Source: Fidelibacterota bacterium
GTDB taxonomy: Bacteria > Fidelibacterota > UBA2242
Direction: 5' to 3'
Assembly: GCA_023133185.1 (NCBI GenBank)
Contig: JAGLWX010000067.1
Span: forward strand, 1 to 39,662
Length of the DNA: 39,662 bases
The position numbers and the translations under genes were made by a program. The notes beneath the pieces were generated by a model. It saw nothing but the letters and a program-made list of their open reading frames with translations. It made no database searches and was not told the DNA's origin. Positions 17,643-29,600 of this stretch are shown here, in pieces; position 1 is the stretch's first letter; each line of letters opens with the position of its first letter.

Positions 17643-20600
17643 ATGATTCCGATTAAACGAATCATCACAATCACGACAATAATCTTCGGACTTAACCTGC
17701 TCATTCTGCAGACAGCCCGCGCACAAGGCAATCGAATTGATGTTCCTGCCGATTACAGCGCCATCCAATCCGCTATCGATGCATCTACTAATGGCGATAC
17801 TGTCCTTGTCCAACCCGGCACCTACGTAGAGAATATCAACTTCAACGGCAAGAATATCGTTGTTGGGTCATTGACATTGACAACTGGTGACACCTCATAT
17901 ATATCCCAGACGGTGATTGATGGAAATCAAAATGGGAGTGTGGTTACGTTTAATAATAGTGAAGATTCCACAGCGGTATTGAGTGGCTTTACTATAACTA
18001 ATGGCTATGCCTCAGGAAACGACGACCGAGAAAGCCGTGGTGGTGGTATATATTGTGGTTATTATGCTGCTACCGACCCCAATCCCACATTAATGAACCT
18101 AATAATTAAGAATAATACAGCAACCCAACATGGAGGAGGTGTTGCTATTGATGTTGCAAATGTAAACTTAAAAAATATTAAAATAATTAATAATACAGCT
18201 GAAAGTGAGGGTGGAGGAATATATTGTCGTGATGCGAATAATACTTATATTTCCAATGCGTTGATATCTGGTAATACAGCCCATAGGCATGGTGGTATTA
18301 GATGTGAGAATTCTGATCCAGTACTCAATAATGTTACAATCACAAATAATACAGGAAGTGATGGTGGCGGTATTGGTTGCAGGTATTATTCTGATCCGGT
18401 ATTAATTAATACGATAGTTTGGAATAATCTACCGAATAATGTTTATTTCATTTTGGATTATCCTGAAAATTCGATTACTTTTTCCTACTCTGATATCCAG
18501 GGCGGCCAGGACAGTATTGTCACAAATGACAATGGCTCTGTGATCTGGCTCTCCGGCAACATTGATCTCTATCCCCAATTCGTCGATTCTGCCAATGGTG
18601 ATTACCGCTTAGCCGATACTTCTCCCTGCATCGCTATGGGAACCAACTCTATCGAAATCGATGGAACTACATACACGGCACCTACAATCGACCTCGACGG
18701 TAACCCCCGACCGATGCCAGCCGGAACTCGCCCTGATATGGGAGCGTATGAGAATCAGACCGCCTATCCCGACACCACCTACATCACCGGCGGCACGATC
18801 AGCACGGACAGCACCTGGAGCAAGGCCCGCAGCCCCTATGTGATCTCCGGGGATGTTACTTTAGCAAACGGTGCTACGCTTTCGATAGAGCCTGGAGTTA
18901 AAATATATTTTAAAGCAAATCACGATGATCAGAATTCAGGTTCAAATAATAATCTTTCAGAATTGAGAATTAATGATGGATGGCTAAAAGCTAATGGAAC
19001 AGACACTGATTCTATTGTTTTTACAAGTCGGTCATCTAATCCAAATGATGGGGATTGGGGAGGTATAAGACTTAATTCCAGTCAGCGAGACTCTCTACAG
19101 TATTGTGTGATTGAATATTCCGGTATTGGGTTGTTTTTTAATTCAAATGCTTTAATCAAACATTGTCGGATTTCCCATTCACCTGAACCTGGAATAGCAG
19201 TTGCCCAGAATTCCAATACCTCTGTCGATACAACTATAATATCAAATTGTAATATTTCAAATAATCAAGGTAATGGAGTATCATTTGCTGGTTCGAATCC
19301 CCTTAAACTACAGAAAAGTAAAATATATGCAAATCAGGCAAATGGCATTTACATTGGATGGGACTCACCAACTGAATTTTATTTAATTCAGTTTAATAAT
19401 ATTCATTCCAATTCAGGCTTCGATATATATAACGCGGTTCATGGGGATATCGATGCCCGCTACAACTACTGGGGCACCACCGCCACTGCTGAAATGTCCA
19501 CCACACCGGAACTCCATAATATCTCCACTATCCACGATTATTTCGACGACAACAGTCTCGGCACTGTCGATTACTCCCAATTCCTCGATGCGCCCTGGCC
19601 CGATGGTGAACCGGTCTTCCCCGACACCACCTACATCACCGGCGGGACGATCACTCAGGACAGCATCTGGACAAAAGCTCGGAGTCCATATAAGGTACTT
19701 CAAGATCTTACTATAAATAACGGTGCTATTTTAACAATTGAGGGCGGAGTTGAAGTCATAATAGCAACAAATACTAATCCTGAAGATCCTGGTATTTCAA
19801 TAATTATTGCAAATGGCTCAATCAACATGGAATCCGATCAAAGCAACTTGATCAGGTTTGTAACTGAGGATTCCACATATATGCCAACAGATGGTAACTC
19901 AGGATTAGGATGGAGAGGGTTATCATATTGGAATTCAGTAGCCGATGTGCATGATTGTATTATTGAAAATGCGAACACGGGAATTCAAATCTTAGCTGAT
20001 AGTTTTCATGTTGCAAGAACTATTTTTACAAATTGTTTCGCTGCCATGCACATTTCTTCCCACAACAGTGGGTTTAACAATGGTTCTATTCGTAATGTAA
20101 CAATTAGCAAAATGACTAATCCTCCTGGTGAACCCTCCGATTCGCCAATTGAAATATATGCTCCAGGAAATGTGTCAATTGAATACTCCAATATTGAAAG
20201 TATAAATAATTCTCAATATTCTGACATTGATGCCAAATACAACTACTGGGGCACCACCGCCACCGCCGAGATGTCCACCACGCCGGAACTCCACGATATT
20301 TCCACCATCCACGACTACTTCGATGATAATAGCCTCGGCACGGTGGACTACTCCCAGTTCCTCGACGCTCCCTGGCCTGATGGCGAACCGGTATTCCCCG
20401 ACACCACCTACATCACCGGCGGAACCATATCTCAGGACAGCACCTGGACAAAAGCACTAAGTCCTTATGTGATCTCCGGGGATGTTGTTGTGGGTAATGG
20501 AGCGACTCTGACGATTGAGCCGGGGGTGGAGGTGTTATTTGTATATAGAACTGATGCTATGGCCTCTGGTGCACACCTTGATTTAATCGAGATTACCATT

Positions 20601-23600
20601 AATGCTAACTCAAGATTAATCGCAAATGGAACTGAATCAGACAGTATTTTCATTAGATCACGTTCAAATCCAGAACAAATTTGTGGATGGGGAGCGATCT
20701 ATTTGAATTCAGATTCAAATGAAATTAATTATACAAAAATTGAAAATGCATATAAAGCACTCTTTGTTAATGGTGCCGTAAAAATGTATAACTCATATAT
20801 TAATAATTGCGCATTTGGTATATATAAAGAACTAAATGATAATTTTGATATAAAATATTGTACATTTTCAAATAATTATGATGCTGATATTTGGATGAAT
20901 GGAATCTATGGCGATGAACAAATTCAAAATAATAATTTTTATTCATTAATTGCTATTTATATCAATTATTATACAAATGATGTTTTATCTGCAACTAATA
21001 ATTATTGGGGCTCTGTTTCAACAAGTGAAATTTCAGAAGGAAATAACCCAAAAAACATCTCTTCAATTCATGATAAATATGATGATCTTCAAATGGGACT
21101 TGTCGACTACTCCCACTGGCTCGACGCCCCCTGGCCCGATGGTCAACCCGTAGGCGGCACCTATGGTGCCGAATTACTAATTACGAATTACGAATTTACT
21201 AATGAAATGCTTACCTACCATTCCGGGGACAGCATCTTCATCCAGATCACGGACCCTGACCGCAACAGCGACGACATCATTCCCGATCAACTCACTCTGG
21301 ACATCTGGAGCGAAACCGAGACCACTCACGAAACCCTGACCCTCAACGAGACCGACCTCGCCACCGGCATCTTCCGGGGCTGGATCAAATTAGACGACGC
21401 CACCGGTGTGCCCTTCCCGGACGGGCAGCTGCAGCTCAGTCATGGCGACTGGATGTATTTTCAGTATATTGATCCGGCGGATGATTGGGGAAATGTGGAT
21501 ACTTTACTTGATGGTCGTGTTTTTGAACTGACCGTGAAGAATGGATACGCACTTGCTGATGATGAGACTTGGACCTTATCAAATGAACCATATTTGATCA
21601 CTGGCGATATTCAAATTTATACTTTTAAAACTCTTACGATTGACCCGGGTGTAAGAATCTATGTTTTACCATATCATGATGATTTTCAAGTGAATTATGA
21701 AACCAACTTAAGCGATATTGAAGTAAATGATGGCACATTGAACGCTGTTGGAACAATTAGTGATAGTATAATCTTTTCTCCTTATTCAATTACAATTCAT
21801 CCAAATATGTGGCGTGGAATAATATTTACTGGATCTGAAAACACAAACGGTGAAATTCGATACTGTCGAATAGAAGGGGCAGTGCGAGGAGTTGATATTG
21901 AAGGAAACTCTCCTATTATTAGTCACTCAAATATAAGAAATAATGAACAAGGCGTTTGGATAAGTGGAAATTGGAGTAGTGATGTTCCGAGGGATAATTC
22001 AAAGATTAAAAGTTGTAATATATCAAAGAATGAGCATGGTATATATGTTGTTGGTTCAACGACTATTAAAGACAACGTAATAAAAGATAACAAATACGGA
22101 ATTTTCCTTGGTCAAGGAGGATTTCCAGTTTCAATTACTGGTAATACACTATCAAATAATGAATGTACCAGTTTATATGTTAGGCCAATTGATGTATCAG
22201 AAGTAATATTTTCGAATAATAATATTCCCTATAATGGTGGAAATTCTGTTATAGACTATTATTCCCAAGAGGAGTTGATTGCTAAATACAATTATTGGGG
22301 CACTGCAACCACCTCTGAAATGAATTCCGGCAGTAATCCAAAAAATATATTCGCTATTCTGGATAAGTTCGACGATCAATCCAGAGGAATCGTCAACTAC
22401 TCTCGTTGGCTGGACGCACCCTGGCCCGATGGCACACCGGCGCCGGGCGGATATACCGGGGAGATGAATTTCATCTATTCCGACGGCAGCGACGCCTGGG
22501 GCTACAATGAAGGCGACACGCTCTATGTCAAACTCTACGATCCCGATCTGAATACCGATATCAATACTCCTGAATATGCCACCGTCGAGGTCTGGAGCCA
22601 ACTGGAAAACGTCCCGGAGATGCTCAATCTCAACGAAGTTGACGCCGACACCGGGCTATTCATCGGCTGGATGCTGTGTGACAGTCAGACCGGTTTCGCC
22701 ATGACCGATGGAGTTTTACAGGTGGATCAGGGGAACCGGGTTTGGGTACAATATACCGATGCTGTAGATGATTGGAATAATCAGAATACAACAACTCAGG
22801 ATTCGGTTACCTATGATTTCCGTATTCGGGAATATGAGTCGGATGAGAATACGGTTTTGTTGCTGCATTTTAATGAAGGGGAAGGACAATTATTAAATGA
22901 TGCTAGTGACTTTAGCAATAATGGTCAGCTCGGGCCATCTGTTAATCAAGATTCACAGGATCCAGTATGGATTGCTGGAATTAATGATTTTGGACTATCA
23001 TTTGATGGATCTGACGACTATGCTTTCGTAAATCATATTGATAAATATAATTTAACCGATTTGACAATTGATTTTTGGATTTTTTCTGATGCATCTATGG
23101 GTAATTGGGGATGTATTGTTTCTAAAGAAAATAATGATTCACCACTTGCTTGGCCATTTAGTATCCATATTGAATCCAGTTCTGGGAGAGTGATGCATAA
23201 TTTTTCTGTTGATGTTGGGGGGCATCATTCGTTCACATCAGAAAAAAGTATTAAAGAAGTTGGCTGGCATCATGTGAGAGTTGTAAGAAATGACACATTA
23301 AAAACTGTAAAAATATACATCGATCAAATACTTGATAATACGTGGAATTATAATGGAACAATAGATCAAAACGACCAAATTATTGGAATTGGAAGCAATC
23401 CTACCGGAGGAGGATGGGGCTTTCCATTTAAAGGGTTAATTGATGAGCTAAGAATATCGAATATCGCCCGGACTTCCTTTGATTATGAATACACCGAAAA
23501 TCCTCCTGGCAAGGTCAGCGACCTCGCTGTTATCGACTCTACCTCCCAGTCCATCACACTACAGTGGCATGCGCCCGGCGCGGATAATTACACCGGTACC

Positions 23601-26600
23601 TGTGATCTCTACGACCTGCGCATATCCACCAGCCTGATTGATTCCGCTAATTTCGCCTCGGCTTCTCCTGTTTCCTGTTTCCTTTCTCCTTCCTCCGCCG
23701 GTACGTTACAGTCGTTCATGGTGGATAGTCTGAATTATGCTACGACCTACTATTTCGCCCTGAAAGCCAAAGATGACGAAGGCTTATGGTCGCCGATCTC
23801 CAATGTTGTCGCTGGGCACACCGAACCCAAAGACGAAACGCCGCCGGGGACCATCAGCGATCTGGCGCAGAGTTCCGTTTCCAAGCGCAGCGCGATCATC
23901 ACCTGGACCGCACCCGCCGATGACGGGCAATCGGGACGTCCTATCTCCGGCTACACGGTCTATTACGCCACTTTCCCGATCAATGGCACTAATTTTATGA
24001 CGGCTGACTCCCTTGCTCCTCTGCACCTCAGCCCCCTCTTTCCGGGCGTTGCGATTTTCGATACACTTACCAACTTATTACCCAATACCCTTTACTACGC
24101 CGCCGTCCGCTCTTACGACGAAGTCCCCAACTGGTCGGCGCTTTCCAATGTTCTGCAACTCACCACCGCAGCGGTTCCGGTGATTGCAGACGTCACATTT
24201 CCAATGAATGCCTACGACGCGCAGCGCAGCCGCAGTGTGCCCTATAATGGCGCGACGCTGGGAACCTTCCGCTGGACCTTCAATACCGGCGCGGCGGTGT
24301 CATCGTCGCCGGTAATCGACAATGACGGGACGGTTTATGTCGGTTCCGAAGATGGTAAGGTCTATGCCGTCGATCCCGGCGGGAATCAGCTGTGGAGCAA
24401 GAGTCTTGGCGAGGGCGTCTTCGCAGCGCCCTGCATCGGCACGGAGAATCATCTCTTCGTTACATGCAAGAACAATAAAGTCTATGCACTGAATAAAACC
24501 ACCGGCGATACGCTCTGGACTTACACCACCGGTGGGCAAATCTACAGTTCACCGGTCATCAGTTCTTTCGGTTATCTCTATGTGGGCAGTCTCGATAATA
24601 AAGTCTATGCCCTGACAAGTGACGCCGGCGATTTGGTCTGGACTTTCACCGGCAGCGGGAAGTTTTACGCTTCACCGGCGTTGACTATTGACGAATCCAA
24701 ACTGATTATCGGCGATCAATCAGGCAAACTCTACGCATTGAATCCTCATACCGGCGAAAAACTCTGGGAATACCCGGCGAATTCTGCTATCTATGCCAAT
24801 GCTGCGGTGGACTCTACTGGCAATATATATTTCGGCGCCCAGAACGGCAGGCTCTATTGTCTCTCATCAATCGGCGCTTACAAGTGGGATTACAATACCG
24901 GCGGTGCGATCTTCTATGCCTCACCGACGCTGGGTTATGCTTCGGTATCCACAAAAGCAAGCATGGTAAATGATGCTACTGATATGTTAAAATCCTTTAA
25001 GAAAGTTGATACAGGAAACAGGAATCAGGAAACAGGAATCAGGAAAAGGGAATCAGGAAATTGGAAACTGGAAACCGGAAAGTCGATAAATCGAAAAGCG
25101 GCAATGCGGAACGATAATACTCTATTAAAATCCAAAGATCAAAGTACTGCCAAAATTCCATCTTCCGGTCTCCGTTCTTCCGTCTCCGGTCTCCTGTCTC
25201 CTGTCTCCTCAATCTCCGGTTCTTCTGCTGATGTGATCTACATCGGTTCCGACGGTCAGAAACTGCACGCCGTGAATGCGTCAACGGGAGCCAATATCTG
25301 GTCCTACACGACGCTCGGCAATATCCGCAATGGCGCGGTGCTGAGCGCCAACGGTTTTCTTTATTTCGGTTCATCCGATGATTTGCTGTACTGTATCAAG
25401 ACCGATGGCAGCCGCCGCTGGGCATATAAGACCGGTGGTGATCTTTATACCTCCAATCCGGCGATGGGGCTGGACGGCGCGGTCTATATCGGCTGCTACG
25501 ACAATAAACTCTACGCCGTGGGCGAATACCTCGAAGTGGTCGATCCGGTGGTGGTCTCCACCTATCCGGCGATGAACTCCTGCACTATGCCGGTTGATAC
25601 GACGATCCGGGTGAAATTTAATACCATTATCAATATGTTCACTGTTGATGAAAACTCATTCTATGTCTATGGTAAACAGCATGGCAGATATAGCGGAACA
25701 TATGCCTGGAGTGCTGCTGACTCCGCAGTAGTATTCACATCGAATGATAATTTCTTTTATGGTGAGGAGATTACTGTCCTGCTTACTGATGGAATTAGGA
25801 GTGTGAGTGGGGGGAACTATCAGAATTTGCGAATTACTTTTTATACGAAACCAATACCACAAAATGAAACCTTGTCCTCAACTCCTAGTTGGGTTACCTC
25901 GGAAATATTTAACAATGAAGATATAGCACTTGCAGATTTGAATGGTGATGGTTATCTGGATATGGTAGCCTTACGTGGATATGATGAACCTAGGCCTTCT
26001 CTGTATATATACCTGAATGCCGGTGGATATTTTAATCAGACCGCGACTTATTCAATTTTTGTTGATGCTCATGGCCTGATAGATGTGGTGGATATTGACA
26101 ATGACGGAGATCCGGATATTTCATTTTACAGCAATGAAAATAGCCGGATAGAGATATATAAGAATACGAGTGGATTTTTGTCCATGACACCGCAGATTAT
26201 CAATGCTCGTGGATTTTATTCCTGGGGTGATCTAAATAATGACTCATATCCTGATCTAGCTGTAAAAACTGATTATAATAGGATTTATCTAAATAATTCA
26301 GGGACTATTGAAAGTGACCCAGTTTGGAGCGAATACACAGGGGAAGCATATCATGCTGAACGATGTATCTGGGTGGATTACGATAGTGATGGGGACCAGG
26401 ATATTCTTTTTGGATTAAAGCTTTATCGCAATAACAATGGAACGGTTGGTACAGTTGTTTACCAATTGGGAGCAGGACTTCCGAACGGAGAAACACAAGA
26501 CTATGCAGTAGGTGATATTGATAGGGATGGATATCCAGAGATAGGTTTAGCCTCACCGGTCTATCCATCATCGAGTAAAGTATATAAATATAATGGGATA

Positions 26601-29600
26601 GATGCATTCACAGAAATTTGGTCGAGTAGCCATGGGACATCTAGATCAATAGAATTTGTTGATGTGGATGGAGATGGATATCTGGATTTGTATCTAGGAA
26701 CATTTGGATCAAAAGGGAGAGAAAATTACACTCAGGATGTAGTGTATTTAAATCACAGCGGAGAAATAAGTACAGTACCTGATTGGGCAACCGATGAGGT
26801 TACGAACACGCTTAAGAGTGCATGGGGAGATATAGATAGAGATGGGGATATGGATCTGGCATTGGTAAGTAATACACAAATTAGGGAACCTATATATGTA
26901 TATTTCAACCACCTCGAATGGCGCTTCAACGTCTCAATCGATGAAATGACCCAGCCCGAATATTCCGGAACTTTTGCGGTTCCTTATACCATTGATAATC
27001 CCGGCAACAATTCGACGTCGTTGATCTGTCGATATTCAACCAATAACGGCACTACCTGGAATATTCCGACAACCGTCAGCGATACTACGGATATTGGATC
27101 GTCAGGTTACGAAGGAACAATTGCCTGGCAGTCGGCGGTTGACCTGCCGGGTCTGGATATTGAAGATGTCGTTTTTGCTATCACGCCCTGGGACAATGCA
27201 AATACCGGCAAGTCCGATACAGTGCATATCCATGTGGACAATAACCTGCCGCCAACTGTTGATATGGTTGCAATCTCCGGTGAACAGAGCGGCGATATAC
27301 CAATTACGGTCAATTATAATGACGCAGAGAATGATACACTGACATTGACGGTGGAATATGCCGAAGTTGGTGATCAGAACTGGTTAGCGGCTTCAGTCGA
27401 TGCCGATATAAATGCTCTCACAGGATCAAGTCTTGCCCTGACGTGGAATACATTGACCGATCTGCCTGATATGTCCGGCGCTTACCGGTTCCGGGTGACT
27501 GCCCGTGATAAGGATCAGGGTGTGCCGGATACACTGGCAATTCGGATTGACAACTATCATAAACAGTCCATCTCTTTATCTATCAGTGAGAGTCCCGTCC
27601 GGGATACACTGGATATAAATTATTCGATTACCGATCCCACGAATGACACTCTGCGACTGATCTGCCGTTACGCCGTCAATGCGCAATTTGATGATAAAGC
27701 GTCTTCAACTAAAAGTGGATTAATCGGCAACGATCCGGTTTCCGGTACCGGTCGATTTCCTACGAAATCGGCGAAAAAAGGCAAACCGTTTAAATCGTCA
27801 AAATCTGCTGAATCAGTTGAAATTGTAAATCCTGTTCCGATAAGTCGGGATTCCTACGGAATTAGTCCTGTAAAAGGCATTACTTCGGCGGAATGGCATC
27901 TGCCCTACATTGTCAGCGACACACTTCAGATCACGCCTGATGAATACAGCGGGATTCTGCAATGGTACACCCATTACAACCTGCCCGGAATGGATATTGA
28001 CACTGTCGTGCTGACAATTCATCCCGACGATTATTGGGCAGTGGGAACAGGTGATACGCTGATCTTTGAATTGGACAATAATCGCAGTCCGGTAGCGAGT
28101 ATCTCACCCATTGCCGGCGAAGAATCCGATAGCGTCACTATTCATTATTCGATAACTGATACGGAAGGTGATCAGGCGTCAATCTATTGTGAATTCAAGC
28201 GCAAGTATGAATTGAACTGGCATCCTGCAACCGTTTTTGGCGATACCGTCAACCTTGCGACCGGAGATCATTCATTAATATGGTTGTCTTCAAATGATGT
28301 CCCCGCTTATGTTGGACACGTGATTTTCCGGATTACTCCCAAAGATAACGATCAGGGTGAGGCGACGTCCATTGAAATATTAATAGACCAGGTCGGCGCG
28401 CCGATGGTGACAGCGCTTTCAGTTGGCAGCGCTGATGAATATTCCGGTGATATCAGCGTCGCTTATGTCATTACCGATGATGAAAGCGATGCTGTGGATT
28501 TGTCTGTTGAGTATTCGCTGAGCGATGGACAAGGCTGGCAGACGGCGACCGTCGGCGGCAATGTTACGGGCATTACACCTGAGAATTATACCGGGTCCTT
28601 TGTGTGGCACTCGGTAACTGACGCCGCAGGTGTTGATTCACCGGCGGTATGCCTGCGAGTGACGCCGTCGGATGGACATTCAGGCGGAGCTCTGATTAGC
28701 GAAGCCTTTCACCTGGATAATAATGAAGCGCCTGAAATTGCTCTGAATGTAGAATATACGGAACTCAATGGAATGATAGACCTGCCTTACGTAATCACGG
28801 ATGCGGAATCTGATTCTATCAGGATGAAATTGCAATATTCCTCCGATAAGATGAACTCCTGGAATGATTGTACGCTGGAGAGTGATTCCATAATTGGCGC
28901 AGACGAATATTCCGGTTCTGCTTCATGGAATTCGGTAACAGATTTACCGGGAATTGATATTGACTCGCTTTTTGTAATGCTGCAATGCTTTGACAATGAT
29001 TCCGGTAATATTGATACCGCAATGCTTCATATAGATAACAATGCTGTTCCGGTTGTGGAGATTGCACCGCTCATGACCGAACAGCACGATACGGTAATAA
29101 TTCAATATACTGTTTTTGACGAAGAATCTGACCAATTGACTGTAAATGCAAGTTTCAGTTATGATAATGGACAAAACTGGAGTTCGTCAACATTATCCGC
29201 AGGCGGTAAAAACAGTGTCGGAGGAAAGTTGGAAACCGGCGGGCAACTTGTCTGGAATTCCTTTACTGATCTGCCTGATACAAATTGCCAGGACCTGATG
29301 TTCAGGATTCGGGTTTTTGATAATGATGAAGGTATTGATGATACAATTACTTTTGATCTGGATAATTATCAATTACAGAGCATAGACATTGCCGACATTA
29401 CAGAAGAACAGAGAGATACGGTTACATTCGATATTACCCTTACAGATGAAAGCAATGATACCAGCGACCTGAATATTGCTTACAGCATTGACGGGGGAAT
29501 TGACTGGCTGGAGAGTATTGCAATTGATGGAGAAATGAATAATTATCTTCCGGGTAATTTCCAATTGCAATGGAGTTCTATGGACGACCTGCCGGGTTTT

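Noticed and set aside
19290-19300. GGTTCGAATCC, a tRNA T-loop-like string.
   Set aside because: The flanking bases cannot form a T stem (gctgg vs cccct), and no acceptor or anticodon arms are present. It lies inside the giant CDS in a well-supported frame.
18661-20460. Alternative-frame + strand ORFs rich in P/T/A/R (18661..18843, 19441..19716, 20227..20460; also 23773..24000 and 25378..25575) that might suggest overlapping genes.
   Set aside because: They coincide exactly with the GC-rich linker segments of the giant ORF, where stop codons are rare in all frames. Their repetition only mirrors the repeated linker DNA.
25039-25374. 111-aa minus-strand ORF (R-rich) overlapping the heptad inverted repeat.
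   Set aside because: It is a by-product of the purine/pyrimidine-skewed repeat arms, which lack stops on both strands. It has no start context or motifs.
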